From the human T2T-CHM13v2.0 reference genome, Homo sapiens: a stretch of DNA of 64,000 bases. Where the stretch lies: NCBI RefSeq assembly GCF_009914755.1, contig NC_060942.1; one strand, written 5' to 3'. The position numbers and the translations under genes were made by a program. Under the pieces are notes generated by a model. It was not told the DNA's origin. It did no database searches and saw only the letters and a program-made list of their open reading frames with translations. Shown here piece by piece: positions 38,936 to 56,271 of the stretch (position 1 is its first letter; every line of letters begins with the position of its first letter).

Positions 38936-39254
38936 AAAACTGTACCAGGTGCAAATTACTCAACTACAAAGTCTGTGTGATGTGATTAATAGCAACTTGT
39001 ATATAACAGATTAAAGGAGCCAAGAACTTAAAGGAAAATTGATAATAAGTTTTTCAAATTGAGAAAAACAGTAGTCTTGGTGAGCTGTGGTGTAGTATCA
39101 AGCTAGCTAATGTATATGTACTTGGAGTTTCAAAAGGAGGGCAGAAAAAGCAGCAAACAATTCAGGGATCAGAGGAAAACAAAAAAAAAAGCATATTTCA
39201 GTTATTAAGCATTGTAATCAAAGACCTTTTTAGTGTGGTTAATGTTACATGAAC

Positions 39255-39570
39255 TAATATATTCCCTTCCTGGAGTGCTTACTTCTGCCTCCATGATCTA
39301 ACTTGTCTCTCAATTTTCACCTCCAGGGTAATTACCCCTGATGATTTTCTGACCTCCACTCCTCCCACTGGCAGCAATGCCTAGGCATTCCTTTGCATCC
39401 TTTAATTTTACAACTTTTATCATAGCACCTTTAACAATATATGAAATGTTTTATTTACATGTTAATCTTTCTCTGCCACTGCTAAAACCAATTGCGGCAG
39501 GGACTGTCTTATTTTAGTTGATGTATCTAGTATTTAGTACTAGGATAGCACACTATTACTGTTTCATGAT
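39255..39570 (+). mobile_element. L2 3' fragment
   Basis: ttcccttcctggagtgct...catagcac...ggcagggactgtcttatt...tatctagtatttagtac. Confidence 0.6.
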
Positions 39571-40944
39571 TATTCATTTAAAGAGTAAAAGAAAGAAGAG
39601 TCAAAAAGATAAAACATAAAGAAAATACCTAGAACTTGAAACTATAAAACTAAATAGATATGAAAACTAATCTTTGAAAGATAATCAGGGCAAATTATTA
39701 TGCACTTTTATAAATAACTTCTATAGTTCCTTAAGATTGATTTAGAATATCATGGAAAACAACTTAGATTTCAATCTGGTAGAGAGCATTGCTTAAGGAT
39801 CAAGATAAATAGGTTGCTTAGTGTTCGTGTCTACAATATGTCTTTCATTGGGGTGTTTATCTCTTTTTTCCTATCTGATGAGAAGTTAAATTGGTGAGTA
39901 TGGGTCTTTCATCTATTCTGTTAACTTTAATCTAGTTCAGGGATAAACTGTTTCTTCTCATTTTAAAATCATTTAAAAGCAATTGGCTTTAGCATGCAAT
40001 GGTATAGCTGCTTCCTCACTAACCTGTAGAGGATGTAATAGTCTCCTTCAGAGAGATGTCCACTGGGAGATGGAAGTTTCATGAATGTGAAATGATCTGA
40101 AGATTTCCTTTTTGGGAAATGTGCCTGGGTTAAATACCTTTTTTTTTTTTTTTTCATCTGTTAGGGAATTTCCCTATTGCATGCTCATAAAAGTCCCATT
40201 ACAAACACGAGACTGGAAATTTTAGGCAAGATCCAATCTCTTTATCTTGAGCATTGCTTCTTATGTTAAGTAAGTCACTACTTACCACTTCTAATATCCA
40301 TGACTCTCATGCATGACCTCACAATTAAAAAGGGGAGCATAAAATAGCCTCATCTCTTGGTAGGGATGCTAAGTAGCAGGTGGTGTGGACTACATGCCAT
40401 CTAATGTCCAATATTTAGGACTATTTGATTCTCGGGAATACACAGAATCTCAATAAAACAAAGGACAATGTCATCAAATAATAAGGCTAAAGGAATCATC
40501 ATTTTTAGAGAGCAGTATTAGGTAGCATATAGAAACTAGCATCTTTAAAATTCTTTTAAATTCTAGCAAGGCATATGCTGATAATATATTTTTTTTTTCT
40601 CAGCATGATGTTTATGGCATACATGCTTACTCTCCTAGAGTTTCCATGGAGACTTGGCACTATGGTTTATTTTTATTTAGTTTATCCACTTACATGTTTC
40701 CTTCTTGTAATTTTAGTTCTCTCAGTGAACACATTTATAGTGTTCTTCAAAGCTATACTTGGCTTTGGGAGCTCATCTCATTTCTCACCATTATATATTT
40801 GCACAAGTTGTTCAAATACATCAATAACCTTATTTATTATGTGGACATAAGATGAAGGGGTATCATTTCTCAGATATTAAAAATTCTGATATTTATTCAT
40901 GTTATATTGCTTAGAATCATAAAATCTAAACTAAAATTATTTAT

Positions 40945-41075
40945 CTCATGCTTTAATTTTGTACAATAGGCAACTGAGAGGCAGAAAACTGAAATGACTT
41001 GAGCGAAGTCTTACACCAGTTTGTAGTAGTCCAGGGATTAGCTAATCCCACAATCCTGGCTTCTCAGATTTTTAT
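40945..41075 (-). mobile_element. MIR fragment
   Basis: ttttgtacaataggcaactgagaggcagaaaactgaaatgacttg. Confidence 0.55.
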
Positions 41076-42294
41076 TTTTCCTGCAGCCCTTTGGATTGGA
41101 GAAGGTACTGTCTCTATGGTCCTAGTCATAGAATCATTCAAATTAAGTAGAATGCTTACTTGGCCATGGCTGAACTCAGACCTTTGGTAGCTGAGAAATT
41201 TGCTTTTGTAAACTGTGAGTGCCTTTGCAGCAACTGCTTGCAAAAGACAACACCTGGCTTTGTGTTTGTGATTGATACCTTCTCCTCACCTCCGCTTGCA
41301 CTTCTAGCTAGACCCCAAGTGTTTGATTTTTAGAGGGCATAATGTTTCCATGCAGTAGCTTATTTTTCTCTTGGAGAAGAGTTTCTTCGTGGATTTCCCA
41401 TAGGTGCTCACATGTTCACTGTGCTTTAAGAACATGTGAGCACCAATTTTTATGTTCTCTGTTTTCAAGTCTTGGCTGGAATCTAAACATTACTTACTCT
41501 TTCCTATCACTGTGGAAAAGACAGACACATTTAAAAAAAAATTATCCCATGGAAGTATACACTAGCAGAAAGGCAGCTATTATAATCTCACTACTGTGAG
41601 TTTCCAAACAACCTCAGTATGAAATATGCCCTTTTGCATTTGGACACAGCATCATCTTCATAATCACTGGTTTTATAAAAAAAAATTAAGTATAATACAG
41701 CCCAAATAGAGGACAAAGATTCTCCCTTCTGGGAGCTTGTATTTTAATAATTGTTTTTATTGAATTGAAAAAAAACTAGTATGCCACAAGGACTTCCAAC
41801 TTGCTGTGAAATAGTTGATGAAAATGTTACTTTTCATAAAATGTTGAGGAAGATGAACATGAAGAAGGTCTGAGCAAATTTCATTAGAAGGTATACAGTG
41901 TCTCATTCAAGGTTTAGTTCATAGGTTCCTTTCATGTTTCCTTAAAGCAGAGATTAATATAATGTTACGATTACTCTAAATGAAGTTGCAAATATATATA
42001 TTCCTTTGTTCATAATTGCTTATTCTAAACCTACTTATATTCATCATTAACTAACATAGTGGCAGATGCTCATTCAGCGCATCCATGCATATGTACATTT
42101 AGAGGTTTTTCTAAGCAAAGTTGGTGTTTGAATATGTTATGATATATTTGATGGAACTTGCTTACATAATGAATGGGTCCTGCCTGCTAGTCACCTCTCT
42201 TCTAGTGAGAACCTCAAGGGAGCTGTATAAAAGGAACAGCAGTGAGTGAAAATCAGCATGACATTCTATTGTCAGCTGGGTAGGTACCTGGTCC

Positions 42295-42557
42295 TTTTTT
42301 TCTTTTCTTTTTTTTTTGAGACGGAGTCTCGGTCGGTCGCCAGGCTGGAGTGCAGTGGCACATCTCGGCTCACTGCAACCTCTGCCTCCTGGGTTCAAGT
42401 GATTCTCCTGCCTCAGCCTCGTGAGTTGCTGGGACTACAGGCACGCGCCACCATGCCCAGCTAATTTTTGTATTTTTAGTAGAGACAGGGTTTCACCATG
42501 TTGGCCAGGATGGTCTCCATCTCTTGACCTCGTGATCCCCCGACCTCGGCCTCCCAA
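42295..42557 (-). mobile_element. 5'-truncated AluSc-like element
   Basis: Sc-type gtcgccagg and ggatggtctccatctcttgacctcgtga; ends at ctcccaa; TSD core AGGTACCTGGT at 42282-92 and 42557-67. Confidence 0.92.
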
Positions 42558-43287
42558 GGTACCTGGTACATTTTAATGCCAAATTCTGGTGAACAGCTTG
42601 GACCACATGCTTTAGGCTGGAACCAGTATTTTTCTGAAAGTTTCAATTTCAGACTTGAGAAAGAATGATCCTCTGGTTATTTGTATGATCTTGGGACCTG
42701 AAGAGATTGGCATGAAATTTAAGTGGAGAAAACTATGGCCAGAAATATCTCTTATGACGGTAGGCCTGGGTCAGTTTATCTTTCTATCCCCTATCGAAGA
42801 GGAGAGGAAAAAAACGTGGATTCCTGTGTTCAGGTCTTCTTGTGTCTTTTCACCACATAAAGGTAGATTGTAGGTCATATCTTGGTGGAAGGCTGATAAA
42901 TTCATACAGTTTTTACACCTAGTTATATGTGCCCTCAAGTAATATTTTATATTCCAAACATTAGGTTAATGCTTTTGACATTTGGAGAAAATTAGAAAAG
43001 GAGGCCACAGTCACAGAGGCAGTTGGAGATACCTTTCTGGAGTGGGGACACTCCCTTTTCCTTCTGCAGAAATAAACTCTGACAACTGGATGAAGGAAGT
43101 ACTTTTTTCTTTGTTCTTTAGCACTGTGGATGTATAGTGATATCCTCATTTTGTATAGTGTACTTTGCTCATTAATGGGAAATAGCCTCTGGAGATTTCT
43201 AAAGTTGTATAAATACTAAGGTTTTGTATTTCTAATGAATTTTCTAAAAACTTGCAAAATATTTTTCAATTATTCTTTTGCCAATTA

Positions 43288-43605
43288 TAGTAGTCCTCTA
43301 CGTGTACCTATTTTCACTTTCCATGGTTTTTGTTACCCACAGTCAACCACATTCTGAAACTAAGATATTTTGGGAGAGAGAGAGAGCACATTCAGCTAAC
43401 TTTTATTACAGTGTAGTGTTATAATTGTTCTATTTTACTATTATTGTTGCTGATGTCTCCTGTGCCTTTTTATAAAATAAACTTTATCATATGTATGTAT
43501 GTATAGGACAAACATAGTATATACAGGATTTGGTACTAGCCGTGACCTCATGTATTCACTGGGGGTCCTGAAAGTATTTCCCCATGGGTAAAGGAGGAGC
43601 TACTA
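43288..43605 (+). mobile_element. MER44A-like TcMar-Tigger MITE
   Basis: agtagtcc...ctttccatggtttttgttacccacagtcaacc...aagatattttgggagagag...cactgggggtcctg...ctact; TA flanks. Confidence 0.85.
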
Positions 43606-43762
43606 TATTTTCCTTTCGTATCACCTTCCCACCTCACTAACCAACTCAAATAACCAGACAAGCAAAAATTGAAGTCTCCAAGTAAATGACTCTCTCACTC
43701 ATTTAACTAATAGAAGAGCCTCCCAGATCTTTATACATATATTGTTTTAGCTTACAACAAGG

Positions 43763-44355
43763 ATTATATATATATATGTGCCCTCAAATATTGTATAATA
43801 TATATTTCATATATAATATATTATAAAATATTTTAATATAATATATATTTTATATATTATATATTTATATATAATATATATTTTTATATATTTTATATTT
43901 ATATATATTATACAATATTTTATATATTATACAATATTTTATATATAATATATAATATTTTATATATATTATACAGTATTTTATATATAATATATATTTT
44001 ATATATAATATACAATATTTTATATATAATATACATTTTATATATATTGTTCAATATTTTATAAATACATAAATATATATAAATTTATATATTATATATT
44101 TAAATATAAAATTATATTATATATATTAAATATTTCATATATTTATTATATCATATTTTTATATCTATAAAATATATATTTTTATATTTTTATAATATAT
44201 CATATTTTATATATAATACATTATATGGTATTTTATATATAATATATAATATTTATAATTAATTCCATTATGTATAATTATACAATATTAATATATCACA
44301 ATAATGTTATAGATATGATTATATATAAAATATTAATTTATATTATAGAATTATA
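43763..44355. repeat. Almost pure A/T low-complexity tract with internal inverted repeats
   Basis: Repeated atatataatatacaatatttt-type units; very few G/C. Confidence 0.95.
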
Positions 44356-44492
44356 CTAATTTTTGTATTTTTATCATGGACAGTGTCTCACCATATTGGC
44401 AAGACTGGTCTCAAACTCCAGACCTCAAGTGATCCACCCACTTCAGTCACCCAAAGTACGGGGACTAAAGGTGTGAGTCACAATGAGTGGCT
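44356..44492 (-). mobile_element. Alu left monomer only
   Basis: ctaatttttgtattttt...gacctcaagtgatccaccc...ggtgtgagtcacaatgagtggct; right monomer absent. Confidence 0.85.
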
Positions 44493-47121
44493 GTAGCTCA
44501 TTTCCTTTTAGTACTGAATAATAGTCCATTGCCTGGATGTATAAAAGTTTTTTTATTCACTTACTAAAGGACAACTTTTTGTTAATACTGGATTTTAACA
44601 ATTGTAAATAAAACTGTCATATGTGTGCAGATTTCAGGCCGGACATAAATTTTCAGATTCTTTGTGCAAACACCAAAGAGTGTGATTACTGGAGGGGATG
44701 TTCAGGCTACGGTCCGTAAGAAACTGCAAAACTGGCTTCCAAACTGGCTGACCATTTACTATTCTCATCAGAAATAAATCAGAGTTACTGTTGTTATACA
44801 TCTTCCTCAGCATTTGGTGGTGTCAGTGTTTTGGATCTTGGTCATTCTAATAGATGTGTAGTGGTGTCTCACTGTTGTTTTAAATTGCAATGCTCTAATG
44901 ACATATAATACTGAACATCTTTTGGCATGCTTAATTTCTACGTGTATATCTTCTTTAGTGAAGTGTCCGTTCAGGTCTTTGGCCCATTTTTAAATGGAAT
45001 TGTTTTCTTATTGTTGAGTTTTGGGAGTTATTTTTTATATTTGGAATACCCATCCTTCATCAGATGTGTCCTTCACAAATATATTTTTTTCCCAGTCTGT
45101 GGCTTATATGTGAATTCTCTTAACATTGTCTTTGGTAGAGCAGACATTTTTAATTTTACAAAGTCCAGCTTATTGATTCTTTTATTTATGGATTGTGCCT
45201 TAATTGCTGTATCTAAAAACTCATTACCAAACTGATCTAGATTTTCTCCTGTATTATCTTCTGGGAATTCTATAGTCTCTGCTTTTATATTTAAGTCTAT
45301 GGTCTATTTTGAATTAATATTTGTTAAAGATATAAGATGTGTCTAGATTAATATTTTTGCATATGGATATCCGGTGTTTTTAGCAACAATTATTGACAAG
45401 ACTCTTTTTCGTCAATTGCATTGCCTTTGCTTTTTTGTCAAAGATAAGTTGACTACATTTACAGAAGTGTTTTTCTGGGCTCTCCCTTATGTTCCAGCCA
45501 TCTATTTGTCTATTTCAACAATACCACAGTGTTAATTACTGTTGTTTTATAGTAAATCTTGAAGTTGTGTAAAATTCATCTTTCAACTTTGTTCTCCTCC
45601 TTCAATAATGTGTTGACTATTATGGTCCTTTGCCTCTTTGTATAGACTTTAGAATCAGTTTGTCTGTATAGACAAAATAACTTCCCAGGATTTTAATTGA
45701 GATTCCATTGAATCTATAGATCAAGTTGAGAAGAACTGACATCTTGACAATAATGAGTATTTTCTATGAAGACCCATGATCATGGAAAAACTCTCCATTT
45801 ATTTCTTGTTTGAATTATTTTACCAGTTTTATAGTTTTTCTCATATAGATGTTGTATATATTTTGTTAGATTTATGCTTAATTATCTCATTTTGGGGGGT
45901 GTCAATGTAATTTCTTTTGGTTTTTAATTTCAAATTTTACTTGTTCTTCACTTGGGGCTAGGAAAGTGACTGACTTTTATATAATCTTGTGTTCTGCTAC
46001 CTTGCTGTAATCATTTATTAGTTTTAGAAATTTCTTTGTCCATTATTTGAATTTTTCTACACACACAATCCTGTCATCTGCAAAGAAATATAACACAGTT
46101 CAATTCTCTTTTGAAATTTCTATCTCTTTGGTTATGTTACCCATCTGTTCTCTCATGTGCTCCACTTTATCCATTAGAGTTTTTATCATATGAATTATAA
46201 TTGTTTCAAAAGTCGACTCTGATAATTCCAGCATCCTGGCTTGTCTGAGTCTAGTTCTAAAGCCTGTCTCTTTAAAATTTTTTTTTTGTCTTTTACTATG
46301 CCTGGTAATTTTTTCTTGGTAGTTGGTCATCATGTACTGGGTAAAATGAACACTGTTAAATAGTGATGTTGTGGTAAGGTGTTGGGGGACGGGAAGTGTT
46401 CTATAGTCCTACAATTAAGTCTTAGCCTTTTTGTAAGCCTATGCCTCTAGGCTGTGAACTGCACAAGTGCCTCTCATAACCCCCACTCCCCTTATTTGAG
46501 ACAGGTTGGCTAGAATCTACTGAAGTTGAATATTTCTTTTCTCTCACACGGAATTCTAGAAGGAGCTACAGCTGAGTCTTCCCCTTCCCCCAGGTCATTT
46601 AGGCTCTGATAAAACCCTGGCAGGTTAAACTGTCTTTATTTCATTTCTCCTGAGGGCATGCCTTATTAAGAACAAAGTACTCTGGTGTATTTCAAAAATG
46701 GTTATTTTTTTCCACCCCTTTCTGAAATCATGAGGGTGTTTTCTTCAATATTCACTGTGAGGATATGATCAAGTTGTGGAAGGTAAAACTCACAAAGGGG
46801 TGGGGACTCCCCCATGACTGGGTTCCCCTAAAGATTTTGCCTCTCAGACTTGTCCACACTGAGCCTCCAGAAATTCATCAATTGCATTTCAGACTTTTCT
46901 ACTCTAGTACTGATTCCCAAAAGTTTTCAGCTCCTGGGTTTCTGCTGTGTATCTGCCTGTCTATCATTCAATTTTTGGAATCAGTGTTTTGCTTTGTGAC
47001 CTCACTTCCCTTAAGAATCTAAGAAAAAAGTTGTTAATTTTTCAGTTTGTTTAGCAATGTACTTATTAAGATGGAATAATGATTTCCAAGCTCCTTATAT
47101 GATGGACTGAAAACCAAATGT
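44493..47121 (-). mobile_element. L1MC/MD-type element: ORF2 3' region joined to the 5' end (large internal deletion near 46095)
   Basis: Reverse ORF2 homology to ~46090, then ORF1-like minus ORF 46100-46333 (MLELSESTFETIIIHMIKTLMDKVEHMREQMGNIT) and L1M 5' terminus ttccaagctccttatat...aaaccaaatgt. Confidence 0.72.
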
Positions 47122-47221
47122 TGACCAATGCTTGTCTTCATATTTCACCATATAAACATAATTATTCAGTTTTACCTGTTTTAAAATTTTATCTACCTTG
47201 AATTATAAAATTGTTATTCTA

Positions 47222-47554
<333 letters not shown>

Positions 47555-47947
47555 CTATTAGAGTTATACATACATTTTTCATGTAACTATAGTGCATTTA
47601 TATTCAGTCATATTTCAATATATGGATATATCAAACTTTTTCATTACATGGTTGAGACATTTTTGGATTAGTTTACTGTGTTTTGTTATCATGAAAAACG
47701 TCACTATGAACATTCCTCCACAAGCCATTTAGAATATATGCCCAGAAATTTTGTTGGGAAAAAAAATATATGCTTATCTTTGTAATAGTTAATACTAAAC
47801 TCTTTTATAAAATGCGAATATTAATGTGCATTCTCATCAGCATTGTGTCAGACTTTTGTCTCATATTCTTACCGACTCTAGGTTTTAGCTGAACTCTTTG
47901 TGACACGTGCTTAGAGGAATATTACTATGGCCTTAATTTATATGTCT

Positions 47948-48330
47948 TGTCTTAGCTTCAGTTTCTTCATGAAAACAAAGCCTAAGAAAAGGACTTATGT
48001 GCAGAAGGCATTCCAAGGATGCAGGAGTGAAGGACCTTGGGGAATGATAGAAAAAGGAAAACTTAACATAAATGTATGTTATAGAGGTCAGCACTGTGGG
48101 CAACTAGAGATTGCTCCTGTCCAGGACATTCTGAAGTGTATACAGAATGCCATTTCCCAAAGATGGATCAACAAAGTGGTTGGTTATTTTTCATTGACTC
48201 TAGTTCTCTCTTGGTAGAGGATTATCCAAGACTTCTCCTGCTTCCAGGCATGCGTACTTGCCCAGTTGGCTTTTACTGGCATTCTTGGTGCTGGAGAAGC
48301 GTTGGAGCAAATATAAATGCATGACACATT
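47948..48330 (-). mobile_element. LTR33-like ERVL LTR
   Basis: tgtcttagcttcagtttc...cactgtgggcaactagag...tggtagagg resembles reverse LTR33. Confidence 0.55.
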
Positions 48331-49706
48331 CTTAAAGCAGGATGCTGTCCAAGAAAGGCTAAAAAGAAAAAAGCTGAAATAAATTAAAGATAAAACATAG
48401 GTAATACAAAAAGAGTACAACAGCCTACAATAAAATTCCACTGAGAACTAATGGAGCAAAGCACATATTGTATTTATTGGTGATTTGGATATTTTTTTTT
48501 GAAATAGTTATTTTAAGTTCTTGCATATTATTTCCTAAGATCACTTCTGCATGTTTTAATTTGTAGAAATGCTTTATATGTTGCAGTTACAAGCACTTTA
48601 TCACTTACATAGATTACAAATATCATTTCATGGTTTCACCTTTACTTTTCAGACTTTTCCCCATGCCATTTTTGAAAAAGTTCCTATTTTAAGACAGTCT
48701 GATTTATCAGATCCCCTTTTTATAATTAGTTATTTTCATGTCCTGCTTAAGAAAACGTTTCCTATCATGAATTCATGAGATATTGTATATTATTAATAGA
48801 AGTCTGTTGCCTATCTTTCATAGTTAGCTCTTATAGTATACTTGTATTGATGTTTACATATATTATAGAAATCAAGTTTAACAATTTTTTTCTTCTGTAT
48901 TTCTTCTAAAAAATAAAACCCCAAAATGGTATACATGTGCAGAACGTATAGGTTTGTTACATAGGTATGTGTGAGCCATGGTGGTTTGCTGCACCTATTG
49001 AACCCTCCTCTACGTTCCCTCCCCTCACCTCCCACAACCCAACAGGCCGTGGTGTGTCGCTCCCCTGTCTGTGTCCATGTGTTCTCAATGTTCGGCTCCT
49101 ACTTATGAGTGAGAACACATGGTGTTTGATTTTCTGATCCTGTGTTAGTTTGCTGAGGATGATGACTTCCAACTTTATCCAGTCCCTACAAAGGACATGA
49201 TCTCATTTCTTTTTATGGCTGCATAGTATTCCATGGTGTGTATGTACCACATTTTCTTAATCTAGTCTATCACTGATGGGCATTTGGGTTGGTTCCACAT
49301 CTTTGCTATTGTAAACAGTGCTGCAATAAAAATATGTGTTCATGTGTCTTTATAGTAGAATGATTTATATTCCTTTGGGTATATACCCAGTAATGGGATT
49401 ACTGGGTCAAATGGTATATTTGGTTTTAGATCCTTGGGTAATCGCCATACTGTCTTCCACAATTGTTGAACTAATTTACATTCCCACCAACCACGTAAAA
49501 GTGTTCCTATTTCTCCACAGCCTTGCTAGCATCTTTTGTTTCCTGGCTTTTTAATAATCTCCATTCTGACTGGTGTGGGATGGTATCTCATTGTGGTTTT
49601 GATTTGCATTTCTTTGATCATCAGTGATGCTGAGCTTTATTTCATATGTTTGTTGGCTGTATAAATGTCTTCTTTTGAGAAGGGTTTGTTCATATCCTCT
49701 GCCCAC

Positions 49707-50002
49707 TTTTTTTTTTTTTTTGAGACAGTTTTGCTCTTTCGCCTAGGCTGGAATGAAGTGGCACAATGTCTGCTCACTGCAACCTCTGCCCCCCCAGGTT
49801 CAAGCAATTCTCCTGCCCCAGCCTCCTGAGTAGCTGGGATCATAGGCACCTGCCACCATGCCCAGCTAATTTTTGTATTTTTAGTAGAGGTGGGGTTTTG
49901 TCATGTTGGCCAGGCTGGTCTTGAACTCCTGATCTCAGGTGATCCACCCATCTCGGCCTCCCAAAGTGCTAAGATTACAAGGCATGAACCACTGGGCCTG
50001 GC
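49707..50002 (-). mobile_element. AluS (Sq/Sp-like) nested in L1PA8
   Basis: Reverse Alu; TSD tcctctgcccacttttt / tcctttgctcacttttt (49695-49711, 50003-50019). Confidence 0.93.
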
Positions 50003-50367
50003 TCCTTTGCTCACTTTTTGATGGGGTTGTTTTTTTCTTGTAAATATGTTAAATTCCTTCTAAATTCTGGATACTAGACCTTTGTCTGATGGGCAGATTG
50101 CAAAAATTTCTCCCATTCTGTAGGTTGCCTATTCACTCTGATGATAGTTTCTTTAGCTGTGCAGAAGCTCTTTCTTTTAATTAGATCCCATTTGTCAATT
50201 TTGGCTTTTGTTGCAATTGCTTTTGGCATTTTTGTTGTGAAGTCTTTCCCCATATCTATGTCCTAAATGATATTGCCTAGGTTTTCTTCTAGGGTTTTTA
50301 TGGTGTGAAGTTTTACATTTAAGTCAAGTCTTTAATCCATCTTTAGTTAATTTTTATAAGGTATGAG

Positions 50368-51378
50368 GCCAAGCCAAGATGGCAGAATAGGAACAGCTCC
50401 AGTCTACAGCTCCCAGCGTGAGCGATGCAGAAGACGGGTGATTTCTGCATTTCCATCTGAGGTACCAGGTTCATCTCACTAGGGAGTGCCAGACAGTGGG
50501 TGCAGCACACCATGCACGAGCCGAAGCAGGGCAAGGCATTGCCTCACTCAGGAAGCGCAAGGAGTCAGGGAGTTCCCTTTCCTAGTCAAAGAAAGGGGTG
50601 ACAGAGGGCACCTGGAAAATCGGGTCACTCCCACCCTAATACAGCGCTTTTCCAACGGGCTTAAAAAATGGCACACCAGGAGATTATATCCTGCACCTGG
50701 CTCGGAGGGTCCTACCCACAGTCTCGCTGATTGCTAGCACAGCAGTCTGAGATCAAAATGCAAGGTGGCAGCGAGGCTGGGGGAGGGGCGCCTGCCATTG
50801 CCCAGGCTTGATTAGGTAAACAAAGCAGGCAGGAAGCTCGAACTTGGTGGAGCCCACCACAGCTCAAGGAGGCCTGCCTGCCTCTGTAGGCTCCACCTCT
50901 GGGGGCAGGGCACAGACAAACAAAAAGAAAGCAGTAACCTCTGCAGACTTAAATGTCCCTGTCTTACAGCTTCGAAGAGAGTAGTGGTTCTCCCAGCACA
51001 CAGCTGGAGATCTGAGAATGGGCAGACTGTCTCCTCAAGTGGGTCCTTGACCCCCAAGCAGCCTAACTGGGAGGCACCCCCCAGTAGGGGCAGACTGACA
51101 CCTCACATGGCTGGGTACTCCTCTGAGACAAAACTTCCAGAGGAACAATTAGGCAGCAGCATTTGTGGTTCACCAAGATCCGCTCTTCTACAGCCACCGC
51201 TGCTGATACCCAGGCAAACAGGGTCTGGAGTGGACCTCTAGCAAACTCCAACAGACCTGCAGCTGAGGGTCCTGTCTGTTTGAAGGAAAACTAACAAACA
51301 AACAGAAAGGACATCCACACCAAAAACCCTTCTGTACGTCACCAACATGAAAGACCAAAAGTAGATAAAACCACAAAG
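50368..51378 (+). promoter_or_regulatory. L1 5' UTR sense/antisense promoter with YY1 core and retained ~129-bp ZNF93-target segment
   Basis: CAAGATGGC at 50375-50383; segment ctctgagacaaaacttcc...cctctagcaaac (~51118-51246) that is absent from L1PA2/L1HS. Confidence 0.8.
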
Positions 51379-52395
51379 ATGGGGAAAAAACAGAGCAGAA
51401 AAACTGGAAACTCTAAAAAGCAGAGCGCCTCTCCTCCTCCAAAGGAACACAGCTCCTCACCAGCAAAGGAACAAAGCTGGACAGAGAATGACTTTGACGA
51501 GCTGAGAGAAGAAGGCTTCAGACGATCAAACTACTCCAAGCTACAGGAGGAAATTCAAACCAATGGCAAAGAAGTTAAAAACTTTGAAAAAAAATTAGAT
51601 GAATGGATAACTAGAATAACCAATGCAGAGAAGTCCTTAAAGGAGCTGATGGAGCTGAAAGCCAAGGCTCGAGAATTACGTGAAGAATGCAGAAGCCTCA
51701 GGAGCCAATGCGATCAACTGGAAGAAAGGGTATCAGTGATGGAAGATGAAATGAATGAAATGAAGCGAGAAGGGAAGTTTAGAGAAAAAAGAATAAAAAG
51801 AAATGAAGAAAGCCTCCAAGAAATATGGGACTATGTGAAAAGACCAAATCTACATCTGATTGGTGTACCTAAAAGTGATGGGGAGAATGGAACCAAGTTG
51901 GAAAACACTCTGCAGGATATTATCCAGGAGAACTTCCCCAATCTAGAAAGGCAGGTCAACATTCAGATTCAGGAAATGCAGAGAACGCCACAAAGATACT
52001 CCTTGAGAAGAGCAACTCCAAGACACATAATTGTCAGATTCACCAAAGTTGAAATGAAGGAAAAAATGTTAAGGGCAGACAGAGAGAAAGGTCGGGTTAC
52101 CCACAAAGGGAAGCCCATCAGACTAACAGCAGATCTCTTGGCAGAAACTCTACAAGTCAGAAGAGAGTGGGGGCCAATATTCAACATTCTTAAAGAAAAG
52201 AATTTTCAACCCAGAATTTCATATCCAGCCAAACTAAGCTTCATAAATGAAGGAGAAATAAAATACTTTACAGACAAGCAAATGCTGAGAGATTGTGTCA
52301 CCACCAGGCCTGCCCTAAAAGAGCTCCTGAAGGAAGCACTAAACATGGAAAGGAACAACCGATACCAGCCACTGCAAAAACATGCCAAAACGTAA
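51379..52395 (+). CDS. LINE-1 ORF1p, uninterrupted 338 aa
   Basis: MGKKQSRKTGNSK start, coiled coil, REKG, RR and YPAKLS motifs present, canonical length. Confidence 0.93.
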   Translation: MGKKQSRKTGNSKKQSASPPPKEHSSSPAKEQSWTENDFDELREEGFRRSNYSKLQEEIQTNGKEVKNFEKKLDEWITRITNAEKSLKELMELKAKARELREECRSLRSQCDQLEERVSVMEDEMNEMKREGKFREKRIKRNEESLQEIWDYVKRPNLHLIGVPKSDGENGTKLENTLQDIIQENFPNLERQVNIQIQEMQRTPQRYSLRRATPRHIIVRFTKVEMKEKMLRADREKGRVTHKGKPIRLTADLLAETLQVRREWGPIFNILKEKNFQPRISYPAKLSFINEGEIKYFTDKQMLRDCVTTRPALKELLKEALNMERNNRYQPLQKHAKT

Positions 52396-52458
52396 AGACA
52401 ATCAAGGCTAGGAAGAAACTGCATCAACTAACGAGCAAAATAACCAGCTAATATCATA

Positions 52459-56271
<3,813 letters not shown>

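Noticed and set aside
50712-50798. L1 antisense ORF0
   Set aside because: Starts correctly (MAGAPPPASLPPC) but a small deletion shifts the frame and gives TAG after 28 codons.
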